From a virus: a DNA stretch of 64,000 nt. Location: positions 1 through 64,000 of the IMG/VR virus record IMGVR_UViG_3300044911_002386; one strand, 5' to 3'. The stretch's first letter is position 1, and the number at the start of each line of letters is the position of its first letter. Shown here piece after piece: positions 8,401 to 18,156 of this stretch. The notes below the pieces were generated by a model. It saw only the letters and a list, made by a program, of their open reading frames with translations. It was not told the DNA's origin and did not search any database. The translations under genes and the position numbers were made by a program.

Positions 8401-9066
8401 TTAAGGGACGAACGTGCCCTTGTTGTTGATGATGTTATTCATGATCGCAACAAGGCGCTTTTGGTCGTCAGGGAGCTTTTCTTCCCAGGAAACGACTCTA
8501 AGGGCTTTCGTATTGGACATTCTATCTGTATCAAATGCACCGTAACCGCCTTCAAACGCAATCTCGATCAGCTTCAACTGCGCACGCGAGAAGAAGCCGG
8601 TCAGCCCGTTTGTAAACTTACCGTCCTCAACTGTTTCTTGAAAGTCAAGAATGACCTCTTTCGTGAAATCATTTACGGTTGTTTGATTGTTGTAGAGCGT
8701 GCAGCTCATAAACAGCGCCCCAAGGGCACAGCACTCACAGGCCGGGATCTTCTTTTCCAGGAATAATTCCCGGACCGGCGCTGTGCCGTTGAACTTGATA
8801 TCCAGTTCTATGTTCTCTGTGTTCTTTTCGTTGACGGGATTTACCCAGACGCCAGCCTTGGGCCTGAACCGCTTGGCTTTGATCTGAGCAATGATGTCTT
8901 CAGCGATCAGCACACGCTTTCCAGCCGGCGTGGCTTTTGCGAACAGTCTATTACGCCTTGCGACCTCGGCCGCGACGTCGATCGGCTTTTTTGCTGGCTT
9001 TTTTACGGCCGCCTTTTTGGCCACCCGCTTGGGGCTGGCTTTCTTCTTTTTTGCCTTCGTGGGCAT
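8401..9066 (-). CDS. Hypothetical protein with Lys/Ala-rich N-terminus
   Basis: Start moved to MPTKAKKKK (ATG 9066, GAGG RBS); CECCALGALF motif. Confidence 0.8.
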   Translation of the reverse strand: MPTKAKKKKASPKRVAKKAAVKKPAKKPIDVAAEVARRNRLFAKATPAGKRVLIAEDIIAQIKAKRFRPKAGVWVNPVNEKNTENIELDIKFNGTAPVRELFLEKKIPACECCALGALFMSCTLYNNQTTVNDFTKEVILDFQETVEDGKFTNGLTGFFSRAQLKLIEIAFEGGYGAFDTDRMSNTKALRVVSWEEKLPDDQKRLVAIMNNIINNKGTFVP

Positions 9067-9292
9067 TTTGTTCCTCTTTGTGAAACGGTAAAAACACGGC
9101 TTCAAATCCGGCGCCGAGGATTACAAACGAGAATCCCCAGCCCCATTCGTACGTGTAATACGTGCATTCTGTGGTCGGTTGAAATCGAAACCCGTACTCA
9201 CGCACATCGCCGTACGTACGGAAACCGACAAACGCAATAGGCCAGTACCACTTGATGCTGGTCGGCCAATAGTCGTTAATTATTCTTAGCAT
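8951..9292 (-). CDS. Hypothetical aromatic-rich protein
   Basis: 113-aa ORF; 3' end overlaps the next gene. Confidence 0.55.
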   Translation of the reverse strand: MLRIINDYWPTSIKWYWPIAFVGFRTYGDVREYGFRFQPTTECTYYTYEWGWGFSFVILGAGFEAVFLPFHKEEQNAHEGKKEESQPQAGGQKGGRKKASKKADRRRGRGRKA

Positions 9293-9786
9293 TTGGCAAA
9301 TAGCTTGCGGACAGCATCACGCCGCAAAACATAAGGCTCAATAAGGGCCCGGTCGAATTTCCCGCCATAACCCAGCAGCGGGTCAAACCAGCGATCGAGG
9401 CTGTAGCCGCGCCAGGCGATTACGACAGTCTTTTTGTTGACTTTGGTAACGACATACCACGCGTAGCCGTCGCCCCGCGGGATACTAAAAAGTTTGCCGA
9501 CGAACAGCCCGTCGGGAAGTGCGTCCGACAACGTCCGTGCCGCTTCGGCTTCATTGTTTACGTAGTTGTCGTATTCGCTGCCAAAACTCGTAGGGATTTC
9601 ACGGACGTCTGTTTCTTTTACAAGATACGTCTTGCCGGTAATAGCGTCTGAAATTGTCAACAATTTATGGTCGTTGTAGTTTGCAATCGCTGCACCGCCG
9701 TAGCGATCCAGAATGCCGTACACCGTGTGACCGGCAACACCCGGCAATTGAAACTTGACTTGATAGTAGTCGGGAATTTTACTCAT
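9286..9786 (-). CDS. Hypothetical protein
   Basis: Start moved to MSKIPDYY (ATG 9786, AAGGA RBS); PRGDGYAWYVV motif. Confidence 0.75.
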   Translation of the reverse strand: MSKIPDYYQVKFQLPGVAGHTVYGILDRYGGAAIANYNDHKLLTISDAITGKTYLVKETDVREIPTSFGSEYDNYVNNEAEAARTLSDALPDGLFVGKLFSIPRGDGYAWYVVTKVNKKTVVIAWRGYSLDRWFDPLLGYGGKFDRALIEPYVLRRDAVRKLFAKC

Positions 9787-10783
9787 CGAACATTCCTTGT
9801 GCGTTTTGTACGATGTGCTGTATGACGTCAATAACGACGCTATTGCCAAATTGTTTTATGGCTTCGGTAGTGCGGGCGTGAGGCTCGAATGTTTCTGGGA
9901 ATCCGTTGAGGCGGGCACACTCGCGGGGCGTCAGCCGGCGGACAGCCTTGTGAGCGTAATACATGCCCGTCTTGGCCCCTACGCCGCCGCCAGAGGCCGA
10001 TATGGTGACCGCGTGGCCGTCCACATGGTATATCCGCTCTCCCTGCCGCCCTAGGCCAACCTGGCCGATCCTGACGGGTTTTGGGGTGCCGGGTTTTACC
10101 TTGGTAAGCACGTTGACGACTGGCGGGTATTTAACCTCGTCAATATGCATGTCTTCTACGCCCGGAAACTTTGCGGGCTGTAGGATGTCGCGGACTCGAA
10201 TTGTTTTATTAACAGGTTCTGGCCATTCGTAACGATGGCACCGGAACGGGCGCTTTCGGTCGAAGCCCAGGATGTAAATACGTTCTCGTTTTTGCGGGAC
10301 GCCGTAATGGCTGGCGTTTAACACGCGCCACGTTACGTCGTACCCAATGCCAACCAGCGTGTTGAGGATCGTGGTCAGCGTGCGGCCGTTGTCGTGGGCC
10401 GCAAGGTTCTTGACGTTTTCCAGCAACAGCAAGCGGGGCTTGTGGTGCTTGGCTACGCGCACTATCTCGTGAAAGAGTGTGCCGCGGGTCAGATCTGCAA
10501 AGCCTTCTTGTTGGCCTGCAATAGAGAACGGCTGGCAAGGAAACCCAGCACACAGGATATCGTGTGCTGGGATTTCCTTGGCCGCAATCTTGGTGATATC
10601 GCCCGACGGGCACTCACCGAAATTGTTTAAATACACTTCCCGGGCGTTGGCGTCGATGTCAGAAGAAAATACACACTTCCCACCAAACGACTCCAAGGCG
10701 AATCGAAAACCACCGATCCCGGCAAAAAGGTCTATAAACGTAGCGTTACGCAGAAACCTTTTCTTCGGCTCGATAGTGATCAC
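9779..10783 (-). CDS. DNA (cytosine-5)-methyltransferase, M.HhaI-like
   Basis: FIDLFAGIGG, GFPCQ, ENV, QKRERIY, QFGNSV; target recognition region QGERIY...TISASGGGVGAKTG resembles M.HhaI. Confidence 0.95.
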   Translation of the reverse strand: MITIEPKKRFLRNATFIDLFAGIGGFRFALESFGGKCVFSSDIDANAREVYLNNFGECPSGDITKIAAKEIPAHDILCAGFPCQPFSIAGQQEGFADLTRGTLFHEIVRVAKHHKPRLLLLENVKNLAAHDNGRTLTTILNTLVGIGYDVTWRVLNASHYGVPQKRERIYILGFDRKRPFRCHRYEWPEPVNKTIRVRDILQPAKFPGVEDMHIDEVKYPPVVNVLTKVKPGTPKPVRIGQVGLGRQGERIYHVDGHAVTISASGGGVGAKTGMYYAHKAVRRLTPRECARLNGFPETFEPHARTTEAIKQFGNSVVIDVIQHIVQNAQGMFDE

Positions 10784-10804
10784 GGGTGCTTCCTTGCATA
10801 GGTA

Positions 10805-11206
10805 CTACCGGGTGAATTTGGTTCCGGTAGCGAACGGGCGCCGACCAGCGGCCCCCGAATGCGGCAGCGTACCGTGCTTTCGGCTCCTGTGCAACAACTG
10901 CCAGACGTGAAAACCCGTCATATGCAGGTTGTGCATTGAGTTTAGGTGATTGACGGTCCTATCCATCAACGGCGTATACGGCCAGTGATCGCTGGGGACC
11001 GCCGGACCAGCCGCGTAAAGAAGTTCAACGCCGGTTAAGACGTCAAATAACTTGTCGTTGTCAGCAATGCCGACTTCGAGCAGCGTATTGGCGCCCATTG
11101 CACTGGCAACGGCGTCAATATGCTTACGCATCAACGTTAAACTAGCTTCACGTTCGGCTTTAGTTAACTTTTTCTTGGTAGACACAACACTATCCTTTTT
11201 ACTCAA
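10805..11206 (-). CDS. Hypothetical protein
   Basis: 133-aa ORF, TTGA overlap. Confidence 0.7.
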   Translation of the reverse strand: MSKKDSVVSTKKKLTKAEREASLTLMRKHIDAVASAMGANTLLEVGIADNDKLFDVLTGVELLYAAGPAVPSDHWPYTPLMDRTVNHLNSMHNLHMTGFHVWQLLHRSRKHGTLPHSGAAGRRPFATGTKFTR

Positions 11207-12126
11207 AGACCTGGAATATTGCCCGTTAAAAACTTTTTGCTACCGACGCGGTTGTTGTACAAGTCAAGAAAACACTTCGCCGCTACTTTGTAACGGTCGC
11301 CGCTTTTCAGTTTTCTTAGGCTTGTCTTTGACTGCCCCTCGATAGCGTCGACCACCTTTTCGGGCGTAACTCGTTTCATTCTTTTTAAAAGGTGATGCAG
11401 GTTTACGCGGTCATCAAAAACTGTCAAGAAGTACGACAGCCCGCGCGGAATATCGTCCTGCAGTGCTTCTTTTTTTCCGGGCCACGCGTCGTGAATGAGA
11501 TCTAAGACGGTTTTAAGTTGTGCAATCCCGCCGTCGCTGACGATGTTTTGCACCGCCTTCACGGCCCGAAAATTCGGGTAGCCCGTCTTGTTCGACAGGC
11601 ATGTAAAATCAAAGCCACAACTACGCACAGTCTTGAGCACCGATATGGCGTGCGGGTCTTTTTTTGCCAAGTCGGCAATAAACAACTCCTGAGCCCCGAC
11701 GTTAACCCGGTTTTTATTTATGCGGACAAAGACCTCGGCTTCATGAGCAACCCCTTTCGACTCAAACATAATGCAACGCGCCATGTTGTGCTCGTCGGCG
11801 TTTTCTGGGTCTTTTTCAGCCATAATTTGTTTGGCCGTAATGCGCTGTTGACCGTCAACACCCCACCGTGTCCCATCCTCCCGTACGCCGATAATCGGTG
11901 CGCCGAACGACACCGGACAATAGTTCGCTACGATCTCGTTAATCACTTTGGGTTTTAAAACCCGCTGATACACTTTTCCAATTCTTGTTGGATGTTTGTC
12001 GTCAAAGATATAATCCCTGCAAAATTGCACCGTTGTTAGGTCTATATTCTCAACCCGAGTATTAACACCCAGTATTTTTGAGTGGACAACGGGCGACGAC
12101 TTTAACCGAGCAGTTGTTGCGACCAT
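11203..12126 (-). CDS. ParB/Srx-like (DUF6551-type) protein
   Basis: YQRVL...SFGAPIIG...GVDGQQR...EAEVFVRIN; start moved to ATG 12126 after GGAG. Confidence 0.75.
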   Translation of the reverse strand: MVATTARLKSSPVVHSKILGVNTRVENIDLTTVQFCRDYIFDDKHPTRIGKVYQRVLKPKVINEIVANYCPVSFGAPIIGVREDGTRWGVDGQQRITAKQIMAEKDPENADEHNMARCIMFESKGVAHEAEVFVRINKNRVNVGAQELFIADLAKKDPHAISVLKTVRSCGFDFTCLSNKTGYPNFRAVKAVQNIVSDGGIAQLKTVLDLIHDAWPGKKEALQDDIPRGLSYFLTVFDDRVNLHHLLKRMKRVTPEKVVDAIEGQSKTSLRKLKSGDRYKVAAKCFLDLYNNRVGSKKFLTGNIPGL

Positions 12127-12177
12127 TCTCTTTTCTCCAAGGAATACCGCTACATAGCGGCGTAATATCGACAAAAA

Positions 12178-13527
12178 TCAACGCACGATGTCGGAGTGGG
12201 TTTTGGCAAACCAGTAATCCGCCATCTTTTTCTTAGCAAAGAACTTCCGCAGGTGCATGAGGTCAGACGCTTTGTGCTCGTCCTTGGAGTAGTACAGGTC
12301 CAGGGCGTCCTTGAACTTCGGGGAGAAGTTTTCAGACGGCCGCCTAGCCGGCTTGAACAACTCCTTGACCATCTTCACAACCGCACAGCAGTTCTTGACG
12401 AACCGAGCCTCTTGCGACGTAAAGCCCTTTGAGCCGGGGCATACTTCAAAGCCCATCAGCCCGTCGCACGCTTCACGGCTAATGTCTGACGCGAGATTCT
12501 CGATCAGCTCAGGCGGTGTGGTCTTCAGCAGATGCCCGGTCATGCTGCTGTGAATAAACCCAGGCCGCTCAAACACGTCGACGTACATGCACCAGCCGGC
12601 CAGCGAGTCAGCCGTGATTGCCGACGTATGGCCGTTCCACTCGGGGTAGGCCGGATCGCCAAGCAACTCTAGCACACGCCCGAGCACTTCCGGCCCGTAA
12701 CGGTAATAGAGCTTTTCGACCGTCTGGATCGCCGTAATCTCGAAGCGGCTACTGCGAGTGCCGGCGTGCGTGGAAAACTTGAACCCGTGATGCTCCACCA
12801 GCTTCACGATTTCCTCAAGCCGCTCGTCCTTCTCGGCGATGCGGGCCCGATAAATATCTCGCTTTGCGTGAGCACGGCGGTTGTAGTTTTCGTCCTTGTA
12901 GATCTGTGCTTCGTCGCGCATTTCTTCCACGATGAGCACGGTGGCCCGTACATGCGTGAAGCCCAGTTCCTTTAACGCTACGGTGCGGTGTACGCCGTCC
13001 GTTAAAGAAATAACTACGGACTGCAGTTTTCCGTTTGCCGCAAAAACCTTACGGAACGTAATCTTCGGCAGCGACAGCGAGCCTGGGTTAAAGTCCACCA
13101 CGATCTGTGCGACGTGATTCCAGTCAACTTTTCGTTGCCGGCACCAAGCCTCATCGACTGTAATGAAACTGATTGGCACAAGCCCAATAATTGTGCCGCC
13201 GTTGGTTTTGATGCCCTGCTCTTTCTCTAACTTAAGCAGCGCTTCGTTAAGTTCTTCCAGTTCGTAAGCAACCATGTCGTACAGGTCGCTTTTTTCCTTG
13301 AGCGATCCTTCGCTCTCGGTGAACATGTCCGGGCCTTGGCGGGCAGAAGTAAAGTTCTTGAACGTATACTTCTGCTTGGTGTTTCTAGTCGCAACGGTAA
13401 ACGGTCGCGACTTTGTTGCCGTGCCTTCGGACTCGTGCTCGTCCGAGGACGTGCTTTCTTCGTGCGGGATGATGTTGTCGTCGTTTTCGTCGTTAATAGC
13501 GTCCACGTGCTTTGCGTGTCCTTTCAT
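12178..13527 (-). CDS. ParB/Srx-like (DUF6551-type) protein
   Basis: RQR...DFNP...LTDGVHR...EAQIY..EN..RR; start moved to ATG 13527. Confidence 0.7.
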   Translation of the reverse strand: MKGHAKHVDAINDENDDNIIPHEESTSSDEHESEGTATKSRPFTVATRNTKQKYTFKNFTSARQGPDMFTESEGSLKEKSDLYDMVAYELEELNEALLKLEKEQGIKTNGGTIIGLVPISFITVDEAWCRQRKVDWNHVAQIVVDFNPGSLSLPKITFRKVFAANGKLQSVVISLTDGVHRTVALKELGFTHVRATVLIVEEMRDEAQIYKDENYNRRAHAKRDIYRARIAEKDERLEEIVKLVEHHGFKFSTHAGTRSSRFEITAIQTVEKLYYRYGPEVLGRVLELLGDPAYPEWNGHTSAITADSLAGWCMYVDVFERPGFIHSSMTGHLLKTTPPELIENLASDISREACDGLMGFEVCPGSKGFTSQEARFVKNCCAVVKMVKELFKPARRPSENFSPKFKDALDLYYSKDEHKASDLMHLRKFFAKKKMADYWFAKTHSDIVR

Positions 13528-13541
13528 GGAGCGTTGTGATA

Positions 13542-13853
13542 CTAGTCGACCGCAGCGGGCACAACTTCCCGCGTCGGCATCGGCGGCAATTTTTCGAACA
13601 ACTCGCACGGGATGTCGAGAAACAGCCCGCGAAATAGGTCTGACGCTGGATGCAAAATTTGCAACGAGCATCGGAGGTGCGGATCTACGGGTTTTCCGGC
13701 CGCATGTTCGTGAATCATGATTGGCGACACAGCCACAATGACGTCATCGGGCAATCGTTCTATTGCCTCCGGCACGACTTGCCGGTTGTAGTTCATGTGG
13801 TTTGCAGCCTCGTTCAGTTTTGCCAGGAGCTTTTTGTCAGCGAGTCGAATCAT
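13542..13853 (-). CDS. Hypothetical protein
   Basis: 103-aa ORF, AGGT RBS. Confidence 0.7.
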   Translation of the reverse strand: MIRLADKKLLAKLNEAANHMNYNRQVVPEAIERLPDDVIVAVSPIMIHEHAAGKPVDPHLRCSLQILHPASDLFRGLFLDIPCELFEKLPPMPTREVVPAAVD

Positions 13854-13855
13854 TT

Positions 13856-14128
13856 TTACCTGTTTTTTCGTTGCTGTTGTGCTTCGTGAAACCGCATCAC
13901 TGCGTCAGCCGCTTGGCGAGATTCAGCGGCGTTGTAGCCTTCTTGCTTGAATCGCTCTTGCACATACCTGTGCTCGAAAGAACCGCTGCTTGCGGGTGGC
14001 GTTGTAGAGCTCGAGTTGGAGCTCGTGCTGCCGCCACCGCCGACTAGTTGGCCAAGCATAGCAATGCCAAATACGATGGCAAGTACCACCCAAAATCCGC
14101 CGTTATTTCCGTTATTTTGTGCTGTCAT
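13856..14128 (-). CDS. Small membrane protein
   Basis: Transmembrane segment FWVVLAIVFGIAMLG; AAAGGA RBS before ATG 14128. Confidence 0.7.
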   Translation of the reverse strand: MTAQNNGNNGGFWVVLAIVFGIAMLGQLVGGGGSTSSNSSSTTPPASSGSFEHRYVQERFKQEGYNAAESRQAADAVMRFHEAQQQRKNR

Positions 14129-14151
14129 GATTGTCCTTTCTGCGTTTGAAA

Positions 14152-14721
14152 TCAGTCCCACCACATCGGATAGTGCTGGTTTATGATGGCAAAAAACCAA
14201 CGAGCCTCTCTGGCCTGCGTGGCTTCGTCGGCGTCAATTGCCGCCATGAATTCTTGTCGTTCTTGTTCTGCGGTGGCCGGTGTCACGTTTTGTCGCTTGG
14301 TCACCATTACGGCCCCGCCTCGGCCAGCAAACTTTCCGTTTTCAAACTTTCCGGCTGGCTCAAACGTTGTTTCTGGTTCGCCCCACTTTTTGTTGTGGCA
14401 GTTCATTGCTTGGTCGTAGTTCTCGCGGCTAAGGCGTTCGCCCAAGCGAATGGCGACGCGTAAAGCCTGCAAAGTCTTTGCGTCGTGCTTGCACACAGAG
14501 TCGTTAACTAAACAACGTTGAATGCGTTTTAATTTAAACACTATCAACGCAATTAAATATGCGCCGTCAAAGTCGTAATTTTCTCGCCCGAACATTGCAA
14601 ACGCCCACATACGCTGCACTTGTTTTCGGGTGCGGTATTGCCAATTACGCACGGCGCGAAACGGCTTGAAGAACCAATGGTCTTCAAACAATATCAATGC
14701 CTCTTCCCACCATTTCGTCAT
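14152..14721 (-). CDS. Conserved phage hypothetical protein
   Basis: DFDGAYL...FKLKR...WWD C-terminus; start uncertain. Confidence 0.75.
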   Translation of the reverse strand: MTKWWEEALILFEDHWFFKPFRAVRNWQYRTRKQVQRMWAFAMFGRENYDFDGAYLIALIVFKLKRIQRCLVNDSVCKHDAKTLQALRVAIRLGERLSRENYDQAMNCHNKKWGEPETTFEPAGKFENGKFAGRGGAVMVTKRQNVTPATAEQERQEFMAAIDADEATQAREARWFFAIINQHYPMWWD

Positions 14722-14905
14722 GCAAGTGTCGTCGTGCGGCTTCAAGGGCTTCGTTAGGTGTTGTATATTCATGCCCGTACTTAAGTGCGTTTCGTAACCA
14801 CAGGTCAATACTTTCGACAGTCAGCTTCCAGTCCATGCCATGTATGGCGGCCATCATTTCGCTGTGGTCTTCACTGCTGTCGAACTCAAGAATGGTCTTC
14901 GCCAT
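14684..14905 (-). CDS. Conserved phage hypothetical protein
   Basis: MAKTILEFD...AIHGMDWK...LRNALKY. Confidence 0.7.
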   Translation of the reverse strand: MAKTILEFDSSEDHSEMMAAIHGMDWKLTVESIDLWLRNALKYGHEYTTPNEALEAARRHLHDEMVGRGIDIV

Positions 14906-15137
14906 CGCGCATTTCTTTCGTAATAACGTCCCAGCCAATTTGTGCAAAGACACGCTTTGTGGCTATGTAGTCTTCGTCAGTTTCGGTGCCGGTGACGAGA
15001 ATAAGACGTTGATTCTTTTTGTCAATTTTAAAGGCTATCCCTGAGCGCGGAATGCCCCATACACCGCCGTCTTTCAGCGTTTGCGTTAAATTTCGGCACC
15101 ACTGTAAAACGTGTTCGGGTTCTTTTGGTTCCGTCAC
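14886..15137 (-). CDS. Hypothetical protein
   Basis: LKDGGVWGIPRSG motif; GAGG RBS. Confidence 0.7.
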   Translation of the reverse strand: MTEPKEPEHVLQWCRNLTQTLKDGGVWGIPRSGIAFKIDKKNQRLILVTGTETDEDYIATKRVFAQIGWDVITKEMRDGEDHS

Positions 15138-15145
15138 GAAAACTG

Positions 15146-15829
15146 TTACCTCGTTATAAATGCCGCCAGTTGTTCGCCGATGTGTTGCGTATACGCGGGC
15201 GGCAATCCTTCTTTAAGTTCGTTCCACGTTACTTTACGTGTAACGCCCATAGCCCACATGCCTTCTTCCAACGTCTTGGCTGTTGAGCCGCCAATGACCA
15301 GTTTGCCTGTTTTCTTGCACACGCCTTTGCATGTGTCGCCCATGACGTGGTACACGCCAATAGGCTTTCCCTGCTCTTTGTGGCGGCACGGGAGCCGCAC
15401 GAGGGGTACGGCGTCTGAAAGAAACAGGCGATGCCGGCGAACCTTCAAAGCATGTGAAGATCCGCATTCGATAACCGCGGCCTCCATTCCTGGAGCGCCG
15501 GGAACATTTTCAACTACCCATGGAATTTTCAACTCACGCAACAGAGCAAGTGCGGGAGTAAGCAGGTCGCCTGCTTTACTTTTGCCGCCTTGTGCGTCCC
15601 GCAAATGCTTGGCCCGGGTATGGGCTTGGCACGGCGGACTGGCGTGAATACCGTCGAACTGCTTAAGAAACTCTTTGTCTTTTAAAAGTTCTAGTGCGTC
15701 GGTCTGTATAAATTTGTGCGGGTAATTAGGCTGTGGGCGAATATCCACTCCGGTGACTTTAAAACCTGCGGCTGCATAGCCGTCAGAAGCAAGCCCGGCA
15801 CAGCAAAATAAATCTAATAACTGCAGCAC
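15146..15829 (-). CDS. Short phage-type C5 DNA methyltransferase
   Basis: LLDLFCCAG, VTGVDI, HASPPCQ, VVENV, RRHRLF, PPAYT. Confidence 0.85.
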   Translation of the reverse strand: MLQLLDLFCCAGLASDGYAAAGFKVTGVDIRPQPNYPHKFIQTDALELLKDKEFLKQFDGIHASPPCQAHTRAKHLRDAQGGKSKAGDLLTPALALLRELKIPWVVENVPGAPGMEAAVIECGSSHALKVRRHRLFLSDAVPLVRLPCRHKEQGKPIGVYHVMGDTCKGVCKKTGKLVIGGSTAKTLEEGMWAMGVTRKVTWNELKEGLPPAYTQHIGEQLAAFITR

Positions 15830-15859
15830 TGTAAAATTCCTTTACAACAGCGCCCGCCG

Positions 15860-16255
15860 CTACGCGACGAGTTCTATCTCTTTCGTGTCGTTCTCGGGTG
15901 TCGGCGGTTCAAGCAATTCTTTCTCAAGGCTTTTACGGTTGCCGTACATCCAACTCTGAACCGCGATGTGGCGAAACCAGTCGTTGATCGACGGAATACG
16001 CCCCAAATCTTCTTGTACGTGTTGTTCGCCGATATAGCGAACCATTACCTCGCGTCCGGCAGAATTTGTAATAGTGTGGCCGAAAATCCTTTCCGCCATA
16101 AAGATACCTTCTGAATGGTGCCGCAGGGCTCGATGCCGGAAATCTGCCATGTGGCTTTTAGACTCATCGAACCAGTCGTGAATGGCTTGATAGTCTTCGG
16201 GTTTGCCGCCCCATTTTTTGACGCTTGAAAGTGCGTGATGGTAAGGGTGGGCCAT
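15860..16255 (-). CDS. DUF6915-like protein
   Basis: MAHPYHHALSSVKKWGG...IHDWFDESK...HRALRHH...EQHVQEDLGRIP. Confidence 0.85.
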   Translation of the reverse strand: MAHPYHHALSSVKKWGGKPEDYQAIHDWFDESKSHMADFRHRALRHHSEGIFMAERIFGHTITNSAGREVMVRYIGEQHVQEDLGRIPSINDWFRHIAVQSWMYGNRKSLEKELLEPPTPENDTKEIELVA

Positions 16256-16480
16256 TTAATCCCCGTTTTTCTCGTCTGTTAAAAGAGATTCTAGGCAATA
16301 AAGAATGTCGTCGTGCGTAGAAGACCAGTCAAACTTGTCGTCAATTTGCTCGACGTCGGCAGCCCACGCTTCGTCGTCTTGCCGGTCAAACATATCAGCG
16401 TTCCACCACGCAAGAATAATGCTTTTTACGCCCGCGGCTTTTTCAGCTTCTAGTAGTTTAATGGCTTCGTCAATCGTCAT
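16256..16480 (-). CDS. Small acidic hypothetical protein
   Basis: 74-aa ORF abutting neighbours. Confidence 0.7.
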   Translation of the reverse strand: MTIDEAIKLLEAEKAAGVKSIILAWWNADMFDRQDDEAWAADVEQIDDKFDWSSTHDDILYCLESLLTDEKNGD

Positions 16481-16697
16481 TTTCTACAGCCTCGCGCATG
16501 AATGCGGCATCAGCGTCAAACGCGTAGCAACTAGCCAGCGCGTCGCAATCCTCGCAGTCGACGGCGTAGATATCGACAATAACGCCCTCGTCTGTCTTTT
16601 TAATGTAAACAGAAAAGTCTTTCGTACCGACCCAGGTGCTTTCAGCCAGGTCGTCTATAACGGCGTCTGATTCTTCGTCTAGGACAGGCCTACTCAT
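16470..16697 (-). CDS. Small acidic hypothetical protein
   Basis: Start moved to ATG 16697; SVYIKKTDEGVIVDIY. Confidence 0.7.
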   Translation of the reverse strand: MSRPVLDEESDAVIDDLAESTWVGTKDFSVYIKKTDEGVIVDIYAVDCEDCDALASCYAFDADAAFMREAVENDD

Positions 16698-17271
16698 TTT
16701 CTTCCTCATGACAGAGCTGCTCGTACAAATTAAAGTCTTCGCAGATTTTGTGGGGGATGTGCTCTTCGAGCCACTGCACGGTGTTGTCAAAACCTTCTAG
16801 TGACCACTCTACGTCCACCCCGTAATTAAACTCACCAACATAGCCCATGCTAAGTTCGCAGTATGTGGCAGCAACACCAAAACCAAGTGCCGTCATTTTT
16901 GAGTAAAACTCAACTGGCGGTGACCACGCAGACCGAAAACTTAGCGTAATTTTCTTGTCATTATTTGTGACAACTACATCAGGTGCTCCCTCATGTCGTG
17001 CAACGCCCCATTTAGTGCCCCAGTTAGCGACCTGCCAGTCGTACCAATTCGCATGACCGTAAAGTTTGACGTTTATTTTTTCGCGCTGCTCTTGAATAAA
17101 TTTCTCGGGGGTATTGCTGGGATAGTGGGCTGACGGCGTATTTTTTACATCTTCTGGGCACGGCACAAATGTCTCCATAAGTGCGTTGTTGTTCCAGGCC
17201 TCTGCTACGCGTCTAATCTGCGTGGGGTCGGAATGTGTGAATGTGACTACGTTATCGCACCAGTTTGGCAC
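16690..17271 (-). CDS. DUF1281/YubB ferredoxin-like protein
   Basis: MPNWCDN...WYDWQVANWGTKW...FRSAWSPP. Confidence 0.85.
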   Translation of the reverse strand: MPNWCDNVVTFTHSDPTQIRRVAEAWNNNALMETFVPCPEDVKNTPSAHYPSNTPEKFIQEQREKINVKLYGHANWYDWQVANWGTKWGVARHEGAPDVVVTNNDKKITLSFRSAWSPPVEFYSKMTALGFGVAATYCELSMGYVGEFNYGVDVEWSLEGFDNTVQWLEEHIPHKICEDFNLYEQLCHEEENE

Positions 17272-17290
17272 AGCATCCTCGTAATTAAAA

Positions 17291-17770
17291 CTAATTGTCG
17301 TTGTATTCTTCTGACTCGTAGTCGTCGTGATCGTTGTAGTTCTCGTTGAAATCGATAACTACGGGATCTGTTTTGTGGTACTGAGCCAGTGGCGTAAATG
17401 TAATGTGACCATACGCGCCGGCGTCTATTTCCCAGCCGGCGTGCTTTGTTTCTAGGAGCAGTTCCGCTACGTCAACCACAAGTTCTACGAGCGTTAGCGG
17501 TTTCTTTTTGAAATCGCGGGGTTTGATTGCACCGCCCAAGTAACTGTCGTCGAAATAGGTGTGCGACAGGTCCTCGTTGGCGACGTCTGTAAACACAATT
17601 GTTTCTAGTGACTGGTGCGACAGTTCAACGTCGTCAATAGTTTTAGCGTGCACAGATGACACGCAGCCGCTGTCACCTGAGCCGTCAAAATACGCAATGG
17701 CGTATTTGATTTCGTGATACCGCAGTTTTTCCAGTAGAAAATCTAAGGTAGTTTTTGTTTTACTTGTCAT
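17291..17770 (-). CDS. DUF6878-like protein
   Basis: FDGSGDSG...GWEIDAGAYG. Confidence 0.75.
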   Translation of the reverse strand: MTSKTKTTLDFLLEKLRYHEIKYAIAYFDGSGDSGCVSSVHAKTIDDVELSHQSLETIVFTDVANEDLSHTYFDDSYLGGAIKPRDFKKKPLTLVELVVDVAELLLETKHAGWEIDAGAYGHITFTPLAQYHKTDPVVIDFNENYNDHDDYESEEYNDN

Positions 17771-18156
17771 CGCGGTTTCCGGAAATAAATGTCGAACGCG
17801 GCGTCGCTCACGTCGATACAGAACTCTTCATATTTTTCTAGAGAACTTTTCCAGTTCTTTGGCACGGCGATAAACTCACCAAAATCATCGCCGCCGACGA
17901 GGGCTCGGGCAGTCTCCCACCACTCTTCGTCAATTGCCGGATTGCAGTCTTGCGCGTAAGCACAGTAGGACGAGTCAGTGCCGGCAACTAGATCTCGCGG
18001 GTTGCCGTTCGACATTAAATAAACGCCTTGGTCGTGCACGAACAGAAAGCCTGGCTGGGCAGGTGCGTCCGACCACGCCATGTTCCAGTGTTTTGACATC
18101 AAGGCGTGTTCAACACATCGGCGTATGGCTGTTGTTTTAAAAACACATAGCCCCAT
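17767..18156 (-). CDS. DUF3085-like protein
   Basis: VHDQGVYLMSNG...AYAQDCNP...GGDDFGE. Confidence 0.85.
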   Translation of the reverse strand: MGLCVFKTTAIRRCVEHALMSKHWNMAWSDAPAQPGFLFVHDQGVYLMSNGNPRDLVAGTDSSYCAYAQDCNPAIDEEWWETARALVGGDDFGEFIAVPKNWKSSLEKYEEFCIDVSDAAFDIYFRKPR

